In this document: one piece after another, positions 38,700 to 51,000 of the stretch
How positions within the stretch are numbered: position 1 is the stretch's first letter
How the letters are laid out: each line of letters begins with the position of its first letter
Assembly: GCA_009602725.1 (NCBI GenBank)
Contig: WELB01000023.1
Coordinates: forward strand, 202,360 to 266,359
Direction: 5' to 3'
Length of the DNA stretch: 64,000 nt
From: Spirogloea muscicola
Taxonomy: Eukaryota
Position numbers and translations under genes: made by a program
Notes under the pieces: generated by a model
Database searches by the model: none
The model's input: only the letters and a program-made list of their open reading frames with translations
What the model was told of the DNA's origin: nothing

Positions 38700-40312
38700 C
38701 CACCTAACCATGTCAGTTGGCCTACGGTGCCTCTACGTTGCACAGCACTATCAGACTGGAGGAGGCCGCTTAGCTTGCTGCTTCTAGGTTTTGCCGTGGT
38801 GACACTTTTCCGGCTGCAAACTACTCTTACTAGCGTTTGCTGCCTAGGGGTTATTGAGCACCGTTCGATGTAGCCACTTGTGTAGGTTTGTATGTCAGCG
38901 CTTTCCGGCCCTTTCAACCTCCCCCCGTTCTGAGACAGCTCTTTTGGCCCCTTCGAACCTTGTCAATTCTTTTCGGGCTGGCCTTTCACAGCCCTTGCCC
39001 TTACTGGGAGAGCCCCTTTCTCTTCAAACCTTGTTCATCCTCTTCTGGGCTGACCTTTCATAGTCATCGCATCCTTCTGAACAGAGCTTTTGATCATGCT
39101 TGTGAGCAGCTCCTCCATTTAAAGTCAATCGCGAAATGGCGACCTGGGTATTGCGCGAGCCCCAGCTGCCCCGCTTTGCCTCGGGCTGCTGGGTTGACCA
39201 TGTCGCCACCTCCCTCGACTTTACTCGATGCCTTACTCGAACTGACCAGCTCTTTGCTGTGCTCTATGCTTCTGTCACAAAGGTTTCGTGTATACAAAAG
39301 AAACAAAGGCCAAATGGCCAAATACAAAGACAAGCACATCTAAAGATCTACATGACCTACAGCAGATTGACCCGCTCAGTAAGCACGGGTCAAAACATAA
39401 AGGTCGCTAATCGATGCTTTAATACTAGATGGCAGATACGAAGCCTGTCGGAACCGGGAGCCAAGGCGCGGCCCTGCGTATGGGGGAGAAAGACCCTCCT
39501 CCAGTAGATGGCGATGGCTGTGGTTGGCCAGCCCAGAAGAAGAATGAACAGATTCGAAGCGGCCAGAAAAGCGCTAGAGCACACAGCGACTCAAGTGGCC
39601 ACTGGGTTCTCGATATCTCCTGTTGAGCAGCCGCAGGTTAGAGAAATTAGTCTCGGAAAGGGGTGATAAGGAAGGATCTGTGTGTTTGAAACAAACGAAG
39701 GCCAAAATGGCCAAGTACAAAGGCAAGCACATCTGATGACGGTACATCACCCACAGCAGATTGACCCGCTCAGTAACCACGGGTCAACACATAAAGGTCG
39801 CTAATCGATGCCTGAAAACCAGATGGCAGATTCGAAGCCCTTCTGCCACCAACTAGAGCTCGCCCAGCTTTCTGGTGCAAAGCATTAGCCTGAGTAAAGC
39901 GCAAACAGGGCGAAACTCGTCATTACAGAAACGACAGATATGCAGCTGGCAAGCCCATCCCAGCCGGAAACACATCTGCACGTCGTGCATAAGCCTAGAC
40001 TGGCAAAATTCTGAAGGAGAGTGTGGGAACGAGGACCTAAACAGCCAAATACATCGACTGCAGCTGGCAGGAGCTGATCGCATTGGGGGTAATCGAAGTA
40101 GTGCTGCAGCTTTCTGTGTTCTGCACTGCCCACTGCGTGGCCAGCGATGTGCGTCGATGCTGGACCTTTATAAGCCTCTGTAACAACATACACCAAGGCT
40201 CGTGGTCCTCCACCCGGTTGCACGCCCACAATGTCAAGGGTGCGGCGATGATGACGTCCCTGGGCATCCGTGGTGATAGGCATGATATTGTTCACTTTCA
40301 TAACTGCACGGT
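38700..40312. mobile_element. Retroelement stack: a + strand end (LPRGY*, tail to ~39075) facing a - strand head-to-tail array A/D/A
   Basis: The minus strand 40312-39665 matches family A 33310-33940 (VNNIMPITTDAQ..RRTLD). A D-type end lies at 39650-39485 and a short A end at 39460-39280. Confidence 0.88.
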
Positions 40313-40565
40313 ATGAGATGAGGAGAAGCTCACTGATGAGCTCATGGGATCACCGTTGCCGAGCCCGTTGTGGTCTGGTCTGCCGTCTGCTCGTGGCCAG
40401 CAGCACCGTCTGCGAAGCGGCCCATTGGCCATGGCCATGGCCGCCCCCTCTCCCGCCCGCTGTACGACAAGCACGCGGGCCATGGCGGGCGACATCTCTC
40501 GTGCCGAGCACCACGAAACAGCTGTTACCCAACCAGCAGAAGTGTCTTCCACTTTGCAATGGCCC

Positions 40566-40760
40566 AGAGAGAAGGCGCGCGGGGCGCATGAATTGAAAGG
40601 GAGGCCAATTCAAGCCAATACATTGTTCAGCCAGAAAGAACGGACAAGGTCCAGAAACATATTCGTAGCTGCTTTGTTTCTTTGTGTGCTTGTTTTCCTT
40701 AGCGCTTCCCCTGGCCCCCTTCTCGTACTTTGTTCATTCTTTTTTGGGCTGGCTTCCGAC
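40566..40760. repeat. Family C tail (-) inserted in a core motif, followed by a family B tail (+)
   Basis: 40566-40630 is identical to the C tail at 6030-6095. 40660-40755 matches 61115-61210. Confidence 0.88.
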
Positions 40761-40856
40761 TGCTATTCCCTTTCTTAGATTTGGAGTTCTCTTCCAAGTT
40801 AGTCCACCTCCCCTCGCCAGCCACGCCCACGTCGCCGGCAGCGGCGCGCGACCGCC

Positions 40857-41469
40857 ATGGCCGCCGGCGGCGGCCTGGCCGTGGCGGCGGACGGCCTGGC
40901 GGCGTGCCTCGGCNNNNNNNNNNNNNNNNNNNNNNNNNNNNNNNNNNNNNNNNNNNNNNNNNNNNNNNNNNNNNNNNNNNNNNNNNNNNNNNNNNNNNNN
41001 NNNNNNNNNNNNNNNNGGCGGCGGCGATGGGGAGGACTGCGACGGCGGCGGCGGCGGCGGCGGCGGCGAGGACGGCGGGCTGTGGGGCTCCGGCGGAGGT
41101 GGCGCTGACGGCTGGGGAGGCGGCCATGGAGACGGCGGCGGCTGGTCGCGGCGGTGGGGCGACGACTGGCGCTATGGCGGCGGCGGCGGCGGCGGCACCT
41201 CGGCGTATCAGGCCGTCTGCTGGCTCTCGCTCACCAAGTGCCTCTACCACGCCATGACCTCGTCGCTGCGGGCCGCCCGGGCCGCCGCCGCCGCCGCCGA
41301 AGACGGCGGCGCCGCCGTCGACGATGCTGGCCTTCCCGGCGAGGCCCCAGTTGCCATCCTTGGCGACAGCGGCGGCCGCGGAGGCCTCAGGGAGGCCGTG
41401 GAGGTCTGCACGGCGGCCTTTGAGCGCGCGGAGCTCGCGGGCGCCCGCCACATGGCCCTCATCAGATGA
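40857..41469 (+). CDS. Gly-rich protein of unknown function (contains an N gap at 40914-41016)
   Basis: ATG in ccgccATGg context. A Gly-rich tract is followed by AYQAVCWLSLTKCLYHA, reminiscent of a plant uncharacterised family (YEV..WI.LSNC.HFA). The frame across the gap cannot be verified. Confidence 0.5.
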
Positions 41470-42413
41470 TGGTGCTGCGAGCGCACCCCCCCTTTCCTCT
41501 GGAGTGCCCACCACGGCAGCGGCCATGGCCGCTCTCCTGCCCTTGTACATACCGGCCTCCCATCGCTGTTGCTCCACGAGCGCCTGCATGGGCGCTTCAT
41601 CACCTCCCTCGCTTTGTTGTGAGCCGGCCTCAATTTGTACATAGTACATAGTGCGCCTCCGAGGAGCAAGGCCATTGTCAGATGTCGAGCGGAATGGCAT
41701 GCCGGCATGCACACCTTGGACCAGCCTACCATTGCTAGTCATTGTTCATCTGTTCCATTGGAATTCGTCACACCACGCATTTTCCGGCGGTTGTGTGCTG
41801 TCCCCATCGGATGCTTCTGCTTGCTTGTTGTTGGAAGCACTGGCCCGCCACTAGCGAACTATGGTCATGCATGCAACTCTTGAGAGGATCTTAGCAATCA
41901 TTGCAGCTGATGGTTGGCATGCTCCATTTCAGGGGCCTATGCTAGTGTTAGCGGTCTTATGGCAGCCCTGCACCATGGATAAAAGTAGAGGCATAGCCAT
42001 GGTTCAAGAGCTGAGGTCTGCAGCTGCCTCCACATGCACAGACAGTAGTAGCCACCTGTGGTAGTGCTGATGCTTGACGGCATAGTAAAGGTCAGGGCCA
42101 TAGCACATGCATGCACTGAAGCCGGAGAGGTTCGAGTGCCAGCTCACAGCTGGCAACCTTAATGGGCTCACAACGTAGCAGTAAGCCCTCGTTATAGTCA
42201 CACAAGTCCAGCCGCTGGCCGAGGGCGTGAGCCACTGGGAGCCCCTGCCGATTCTGTGATACAAAGGCTGAAACTTCTTGCTCCAGCTCGTAAGCGCAAC
42301 AATTGGCACATCCTCTCCAAGAAGTAACTTGGGGTAGCTTCAGAGAGAGAGAGAGAGCAGCTCGCTGTTTTGGCGCAAAGCTTACTGTTTTAATCGATTG
42401 TGGTGCATACTGG

Positions 42414-45400
42414 CTATCGCAGGGCAGTTGCTGTGCGGGAGCTCATGAGCCACACGAGCAGCACCCAGGCATGCAGTAGGCAGAGGTAGCCTGCGAGCAT
42501 GGCGCGTGCAGAGGAGCTGCCACGCAGATACCGCGCACCCCCCAAGAAGAGCGAGTCCAGGCCCAGCGCTAGCAGCGAGACCTGGCGCACAACGGCGTTC
42601 CCTGCGGCGCCCAGCCCAAAGTCTTTACCCGCAAATGCTGCCCGCCGGCTCTTGCTGGGCGTGCTGGACCGCGTCAGGCCAAACTCGGGGTCCTCATCGT
42701 CTCCATCCCGGTGGTCGAGCATGGCAGCGGCCGCCTTCCGCCGCTTTGACTGCAGCAGGGCTGCCGCAGACTCCTCTTCAAGAGTGTTGGTGATGGTCTG
42801 ACCCCATCACCGGATACCCGAGGAAACGTCAGTACGCAAGCAAGACTTGATCTTAGGACTGTGGCCCTTTCATCGTTTACAAGGTGCACGTTGCACATTG
42901 AGAGATGACCAGCCTCACTGGAAGCTCCACAGCGAAAAGGTTCATTGCCGACCATGTGATTCCGAGCTTACGACTGGCTAGAGGCCCCACCTCGAGGCGC
43001 AATGTGAGTGTGGCCTTCTCGCTGGCCAGTGCCTCCACCTGCATCAATATCTGCTCGTCAGACCTCTCCAAGGTGTACACCGTAGTCATGCTGCCGAGTT
43101 GGTCATCACATCAACTATTACCTGCTTCTACACTCGCAGTTGTTTACTAATTACTACAGTTGTTGGCCACCATTGCAAATCACCCGTGATGCACATCTTT
43201 GTGGCGCTCTCTTGAGAACGTGGCACTCGTCAGTCTGAATTGTGAGTCTACCTGGGATTGCTTCTGGATCAACTGGTCAGTCAGCTGCTTCAGATTCTGC
43301 TGGAGGTCAATCTCCAGCGCTGACGGCTGCCGCTGTGCAGACTGCTCAGCCTGCAGCTGTGCCTCCAGCTCCAGAACCTGTCATAAGCCCAACAGGCCCC
43401 AGCATGACTAGTTGCAACCATCCTTAGTGATGCAAGCAAGTCTGCAGGACCATCTGAGAACCACATGGTGCCTAAGCTGAAAGCTTGAGCTCAAGTCTGA
43501 GCTCACAAATACAACTGCTTCCCTCACCCGTTGTTGCACCTCCTCATACCGGGCATCGAGTACTGCGAGCTCGTCACTTTTTAGAGACGCCTGCTGGGTA
43601 TCCTGGATCTGCAAGCGTCGTTTGCATGTAAGAGGATCGTCAGATAATGGAGACAAAATTGTAGGGAGACTGAAGTTGTACTAAGTCTGGCTGCCCTGTC
43701 GCTCCTGTATCACTACAAGGTACACCCTCATCTGACAATGACATGAGGGTGTGCCTGAGCGAACACTTATGCTGAGGCACACTTACCCCATCCTGCGCCA
43801 GTCCTCCATGGCGGAGCTGCTCCAGCTGTGCAATAGATGATTCGGCCTCTGCTACCTCCTGCTCCATCTCTATTGAAATGACAAACTTGAAAGACCATCA
43901 AAGCATTTCACTCAGACACATTTCAGCTCTAAATTCAGACATACGGCTTCACCACAAAGCAGGCAGCATGGACAATAGTCACAAACGATCAATCCTGACA
44001 GCCTCACCTGCTTGCCTAATCTCCGCTGTCTCAATCTTCATCTGGAGACTGCGGACGACAGCCACCTGCGAGCACAAGAAAATAGGGCTTGCATGGTGAC
44101 CAGCCTCAAGAAACCAAACCTCAAGAATTGCTTGTAATTTTGGGTGAAACATGCCCAAGGATTAGGAAATTATATGGCAGTACCAGCCCAGATTCACTTA
44201 TATGCTATATGTGGCCCAGCAATCGATATTACACCTGCATCCCTGAAGTCTCATCCTAAAGCCAAACAGCAGAGCTGTTCGATTGCCAAGTTGCGCACCT
44301 TCTCGTCCAGAGCACGCTGCGCTGCAGCAAGAGCCTTAGCATGATCCAATGTCTCCGTCTGTCCAACAGCAGCCAAGCATATAGGTAAGACCAGGAACGT
44401 CTTTCGGACTCTAAGAGCTGTAGTCTGTCTCTCCTTGTTGCCTTCAGATTTCTGAAAACCTTGTGTCACGCTTGCCACATTTACAGCTGCTCGTAAACGG
44501 CAGCCTTCTGTCCTCCAAAGCAATGCTCAAAGCGGAAGTACTTAGCAGGCAGGGGTCATCATCAAGCTGAACAGCGCACCTCCAGCGACGCCTCTCGCTG
44601 CACTGCCTCCATGCGGGTGCCGCTGTGAGCGTGCTTCTCGACCTGCACAGCCTGCATGCCCTCCAACATGCTCTCTCGCAGCTTTGCAATCTGCCACTCG
44701 CAAGGACGATGAAGCTTGCTTGAACATCACTCAAAGACCTGCGAGCAATGCAATTCTACAGTATCCTCGGCGTATTTCGACAAACATATCTTAGACATCT
44801 GATTGTCCAGCAGCTGCCTGCAGCACTATCAAAACAACTAGGACAAAGGACAAGCAGAATACGTGTCCCACCTCTTTGGCATGCTCCTCGGCAGCTGTTG
44901 CAACCTGCCACTTGATACCCTCTCGCGTCTCCTCCAACCGCACCAGCTCCTGCTCCTGCTCCTGCAGTGCCACCGTCGCAGCGGAGGCAGCCAGGTTCTC
45001 CTGCAGCATCGACGCAACACAATGTTCAAGAGGGAGCTCAGGTCACTGACATTCTGTGGTACTCTGAGCAACTCCTTAAGCAATGCAGGCGCTGTGCGCG
45101 CCACACTCTGTCGCAGGTTTCAGCACTGCGCTTGCACCTGCAAGATACGTCGAGCCAGGGCCGCGGCCTGGTCGGCCTCCTCCTTGGCGGCCGCAGCGCG
45201 GGCCATGGCCTCGTCGGCGCTGTCCTCCTCGTCATCGGAGGACATTGTCGTGCCCGAGACGGACTCGTCGTCGTCGTCATCCTCCTCCTCCTCCTCACCA
45301 GCACTGCTGTGCCTGCTGGCCCCATCGCTGTCCAGCTGCTGCAGCCGCTTGTCAGCAGTGTCACTGCTCTTTCTCCCGGCCTTGAAGAAGCTGGAGATCC

Positions 45401-47249
45401 CGATGGGGCCCCCGCCACCGCCTCTTGCCGCCCCAGCTGGCGCGCCATTGGCATAGCCCCGCCGGCCCTGTCGTGGCGGCAGGTCCAGAGGGCTTGCCCG
45501 CCCGTCAACGTCGCCGCCCGACATCTCGCCTGCCGACTGTGTGCCACGCGTCTGGATGCCCTCGATGTATGCAGCAATGAGGTCGTCGTCTTTGCCCAGC
45601 GCCTCACTCGGCCTGCCTGCTGACGCCATCTCTCGGGCAGGGGACGAGCTGCTGGTAGCTGCTGCTGGCGCATCCGTCGCACCTTCTGTGTACTGCGCGG
45701 GCTCAGTAGCTTCTCCGCCGCTCTCCGTAGACACCGCCGAGACGCGGTGGCTGTCGTCCGAGGGCATGCCCTGCTCGATGGAGCTGCCATTGCCTGCCTG
45801 TGTAGGCAGGGCATCTGCGGCTTCCTTCGCATAGCCAGCCATGGGCCCTGCACCGGCCTCAACATCGGGTCTAGCAAGGAGGGGCTCCACCACGGTGCCA
45901 TCCTCCGCCAAAGCATCTGGCTTTCCCAGATGCACATCCTCCTCAAAAGTAGCACCTCCATGGGCGCCGGTGTCTTCGAGGGCGGCACCTGTTGTCAAAG
46001 CTCTGCTCCCACCATCCGGGACTTTGCCTTCTTCCGTTGCCTCAAGAACAGCACGCTGTGCTGCCGACGAGGTGTCAGCAGCGCCGACAAGTGGGGCAGG
46101 GCATGCCGCTTGTGCAGGCTGCTCGCTGACACCAGCCGCAGTGGCAGCTGCAGCCCTGCCGTCAGAGGCAGGACCTGCTGCCGCTGCTGTGGTGGCTTCC
46201 ATGGCTGCAGGACAAGTGGCGGTAGCACTCCTCTCGGCCTGCGCAGCCGTGTCCTGGACCGCCAGAAGCTTGCTGCCTGGCTTCGCCGTGACATCAATGG
46301 TGTCTGCCACAATTTGAGTACTTGCTGTAGTTGGCGCACCCGAAGCGACAGGCTCTGTCCTCCCAGGCGCTGCTTCACGACTCGCTGCTGCTGGTGCTGC
46401 TGCCGGCACCACCTGGCCTCTGCCCTTCGAGACTGCATGGCTCCGGAGGGCGCCGCCACCGCCAGTGACTGTCCCAGCGAGACTCCCGCTGGCCTCCCTG
46501 CCTGCCGAGCTCGGCGCATCTCTCGTGCGCTGCTCGCTCCGGCCGATGCTTCCCCCAGTGGAGCCGAGCAGGACTCCCCAGTCGTCCTCCTTGGCAGACT
46601 TCGCCGCCCTCAGAGGCGGCTGCCTGGCCGCAAGCCTCGCCCTGCCACTCGTTGCGTAGCCAGCGGCAGACCCGTTGCCTGACGTCGAGGCGGGCCCCGG
46701 GTCAGCGTCCAGTCGCGGGTCAGAATGGTAAGCGCCAACAGTAACTGCGGCTTGTGCGCGGCCATCGGAGCCTGCAAGCGGCGATTGCTGCTGGCCGTCC
46801 GAGTGGTACTGGCGGCGGTGTGGCGGTGGCCGCGCGGCGTCGGAGTCCTCCGACTCGCTGCCGCGGCCCGCGGCGTCCGCGTCGCCTTGCCTCAGGGACC
46901 CTGCCGCCTTCTCATCAATCTGGCGAAAGGGCAGCCGCTCGTCAAGACACGCCCCCATTGTAAATAGCTAACGGCGATGGTAAGGTAACCTCGTCTCGCC
47001 GCGACAGAGGCGCTGCTGCAGCGGCTGCTGGCTCGACAGCCCAGCCGGCAAGGCATCCATGACCGTCGTCGGCCGCGCGCCGGCTCTCGAGAAGCCGGCT
47101 ACCGGTCATTCGAGCCGGACGCCGGGAACTGGCCTAGGACAGCGCCGAGCGCGGCGGCGGCTTCGGCGCCTGTTTCGCCGCAGATGGCGCGGGGTTCGTC
47201 GGCGTACCTTGTTAAGGAACGACTCCGCGGCGCGAAGCCAGCCGGCCAT
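42414..47249 (-). CDS. Golgin-84 family (GC1/GC2-like) tail-anchored Golgi coiled-coil protein
   Basis: N-terminus MAGWLRAAESFLNK|IDEKAA, coiled-coil exons, QLTDQLIQKQSQ|VEALASEKATLTLRLE, and a C-terminal LD..F..GARYLR..AR...YLCLLHAWV transmembrane segment. Confidence 0.88.
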
Positions 47250-47614
47250 GGCGCCGGCACCATCAACGGCCGTCTCCGGCGCCGCTGCGGCTCCCCGCCC
47301 CAGCGAGATGGCCTCCCGGGGCCCGCGCCGCCGCGGCGAGCGCCACGCCGACGGCGAGGCCGCGGGCGGCCAGCGATGGCGACGGCGGCGGCGGGCCTCC
47401 TGGCGCGGTGGTGGCGGCGGCTATCACGGCGCAGGCGGCGATTTTAGCGACAACTTGCCGGTGAGTTGTCGGCGGCCGTCTTGACGGCGAGCGCGGGCCT
47501 CCCGCTGAGCTCCGCTCCGAGACCAAGAGTCGCCGCTTGGCAGTGATGGGGCAAGTGCTTTCGCGCCGTCGAGGAAGCGACGGCGGCGCCCACTAGCGGA
47601 GCGAGCCCGCTCGC

Positions 47615-47912
47615 TAAACCCACGGTAAGTGTCCTTCGGCAGAGCTCGCTTCTTCTCTGCCTTCTCCTCTTTTGTTTACATGTTTTTGTTTAATTCTTCT
47701 CGTTCTCAGTTTCCTCTTTTCTGGGCTTGGCGAATCACAGCCATCGCCGTCAACTGAGCACTCGAATATCGAGCACCCAGTGGCCACTTGAGTCGCTGTG
47801 TGCTTTAGCCCTTTTTCTGGCCCGTTCGAGCATTGATAAATGATTTATGATGGTGTTATTTTCCCTGGGCTGGCCAATCACAACCATCGCCCTATACTGG
47901 GAAAAGCCGTCC
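47615..47912 (+). repeat. Two family D-type retroelement tails in the divergent golgin/UBP6 promoter region
   Basis: tatcgagcacccagtggccacttgagtcgctgtgtgct..ctgggctggccaatcacaaccatcgcc matches 39485-39617 (-) and 63285-63390 (-). Confidence 0.8.
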
Positions 47913-47989
47913 CATATATCAGCTAGACCACCCCGCCGCCTTCTACACGCAAGTCCCTCCACAGCCATCGTCCTCCGCCACCTCCGCCG

Positions 47990-48020
<31 letters not shown>

Positions 48021-48078
48021 AGCAGGCCGCCACGCCCGACAGTCCTCGTGGGAGAGCTCGCCGGCGCGGGTCGCAGCC

Positions 48079-51000
48079 ATGGTGAAGGGTGAGCGTGCAC
48101 CTCGCCAGCCCCCATTTCCTGACGGAGGCGGGACTGTCGCTTGCTCGCACCAGGCTCCTTGCCTGACCGAACTCAGTGGCAGTCAGCTGAGACGGACAAG
48201 GATCAGTAGGGACACTGAATCTCGTCCGCAAGACCATCAGTCGGTCCGATTCACTCGCCGCTGAAGCGACTCGGCTGTCGGGGCTTTGAGTATTCCCAAC
48301 AAGGCACTTCCGCCACTGACCCGCATGCCGCAACAATCGAGACAGTTTGCGTGCTTCTGTGGGCAAGGGGACACGTCTGCGCGAAGCTGCGCTTGACTTG
48401 CCGCCGGCTCTGCCCAAATCAGAAGTTGGTTCTGACCAGTCGGAGGCTGCCTCGAGCACTTCGTGCGGGAGCATCTGTTGTCGGGGCAGCGCGCCCATGC
48501 AAGTGCTGACGACAGTGGCAAGCTGCCCGGGATTGCACCCGTTGCAGTGAGCGTCAAGTGGCAGAAGGAGCTCTTCGAAGACGTGGAGATCGACACCAGC
48601 CAGCCGCCCCTGGTCTTCAAGGGGCAGATGTTTGCCCTGACTGGTGTTGCACCTGAGCGCCAGAAGATCATGGTCAAGGGAGGCCTTCTTCAGGTGCCTC
48701 CTCGTTTTGCACATCAGTTACTGGCCAGAAAGTGCCAATAGTGCTCCACTTTTGGGAACATGAATCTCGAGCAATGATCCTTTCAATCTTGTTCTTACTC
48801 AGCTGCAGTGGAAATAAGCATGCGTAACAACCTCTCTTACTACCCAACCTTGTCTTCTCAAAATTGAGGGTAAACATTTGTCAAGCATCTATTCGAAGTG
48901 CGCTTGTTAAAGTCCCGTGCGTGCTCTGCAGGATGACGCCGAGTGGTCAAAGGTGGCCATCAAGGAGGTCAGCTGTCAACAACAGCACCTTTGTCAGAAA
49001 ATATGCTCCTTGTAGCCGTGGCTTGTAATAGTTGCATAGCTGTAGCTGTAGCGGCCTCGTGGTTGATTTACACAGCAAGGTGCACACATGCCAGCAAATC
49101 AACAACCCTAAACCCAAGGCACTCTTTTGCTGTATAACAGGGTCAAAAGCTGATGATGATGGGAACCGCTGATGCCTTGCCGAGCCAGCCAGTAGACAAG
49201 ACGACTTTTCTGGAGGACCTGCCGCATGAGGAGCAGGAAGCTGCTGCAAACGTGAGTGATTGCTGCCATTGGGATGCGCAAGTCCCACAGTCAGTCTTGC
49301 GGTTGTCAAATTGCAGTGGGATGTTGTGAGTGCTATCTGATAGCGCAAGTGCTCTGGCCAGTGCTTGTTCCACTTGTAGCTTGGTCAGTATGAGAGCAGA
49401 GGTTTACAAAGTGACGGTCGTTAAGCTTTAGGGACTGTTCATAATTTAAGGACTCGAGTATGCCACTGCAGTCGGAGTACAGCGCAGGCTTGATCAATCT
49501 GGGAGAAACGTGTTACATGAATTCAACCATCCAGTGTCTACAACATGTGCCTGAACTAAATTCTGCTCTCAGCCTGTGAGGTTTCCCAGCTTGGTGTTGC
49601 ATGGTCTCACATGGACACTCTTTAGTCTGTGCATGATAATTGTAGTCCATGGAGTCAGTGATTGTTGGCCACAAGCTACACTTCGCACTTACTTTGATAG
49701 CATGCATGGTAGAGCTATTGGCTCATCAAAGATTGCAAATAAGAGCTTGTATGGATCAAGGATTCAGAGTACTCCTGCTTATCTCTCTGAACATGTCAAG
49801 GCTTACGCAGTAGAAGCTTTAGCTGACTTTGGCGATTTGGAGTACCTGTGCAGCTATTCAGATGGGTCAGGCATTACCCAGGACAGATCTCATAAGCTCG
49901 CGCTGGCAACTCGGGACCTCTTTGTGGAGCTCAAGACCAGTCAAAAGCCAGTTGCTCCCTTCCGCTTTACAATGGTCAGTACCCTTATGGTGCTGTCGAG
50001 ATAAGCCCTGCAGATCCGAATAGCAATTCAATGTTTGGTAATCGTCGCTGTTCAATCTCGTAGTCCTGTAACTTTTTGCATCGGCCGATGACGTCCTGCA
50101 GTTCCTGCGGGAGCTGTTTCCTCAATTTGCTGAGACCGGAGAGGGCGGTGCACCCATGCAGCAGGTATCTCGACATACCTTCTCATGTTCTTTTGAGCAC
50201 CACATTTTGGAGAGTTGTATGTCTCCTTGATTTCTTGCATATATAACTGTCAATATCCTGTCTGCATGATGACTTTCATCTGCTGAAGCATTCCTGTACT
50301 TCTGTGCCGAATTTAGGAAGTACTAGCAGGAGGCAATGCTGCAGTAGTCATCCTACAGAACTGTCGCATTAGGCAGGTTCAGTGTATTTATCATGTTTCC
50401 CCATTTCGCACGTAACAGTCTTGTTTCCATACTTGCCAGGATGCAGAGGAGTGTTGGACACAGCTACTTTCCACACTTTCAGAACGCCTGAAATCCAGTA
50501 GTGTGAGCACAGCAGGTGCAGGCAGGTGTGGGCACACACAAGAGTCCCTTGAACTTGATGGTGTGGAATCTAGTTTACAGTACTTCAGAAGAAGGCCCAC
50601 GGGAGGTAGCTCTATGCCAAAATCACAGATAGCTCAACCAGAATTTAGAATGAAGAGTTCAGTATCAGAGTCTTTGGTCTGCTTAGCTACTATGTACGCA
50701 GGAGAGAAAAGTGGGAGGGAGGGAGGGTGGGGGGGTGGGAGAAGAACCAGCATCAATATTTTGATGAAATGTCAAGCACCGAGATGCTTCTCCTTCACTC
50801 AAAATGACGGAGGACAAAATTATCGTCATGGTCTGCTCACAGTGGTGTGTATCCTCTTTAGAGAAGGATTGCTGAAAGCTGCCTCTAGCCTTTACCAGGG
50901 TGTTCATATACTTGATACTTGCAGGCTTGCTGACCCAGTCAAGGAGTTGTTCGGCATCGAATTTGTCAGCACGTAAGTCCATTCGCTGAGTCCTGCAGAC

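Noticed and set aside
47621..47709. Apparent mini-intron (cacg|gtaagt..ttctcag) in the golgin/UBP6 promoter
   Set aside because: Better explained as an eroded acccgtggttactga (TRGY*) end plus pyrimidine-rich tail. There is no transcript evidence.
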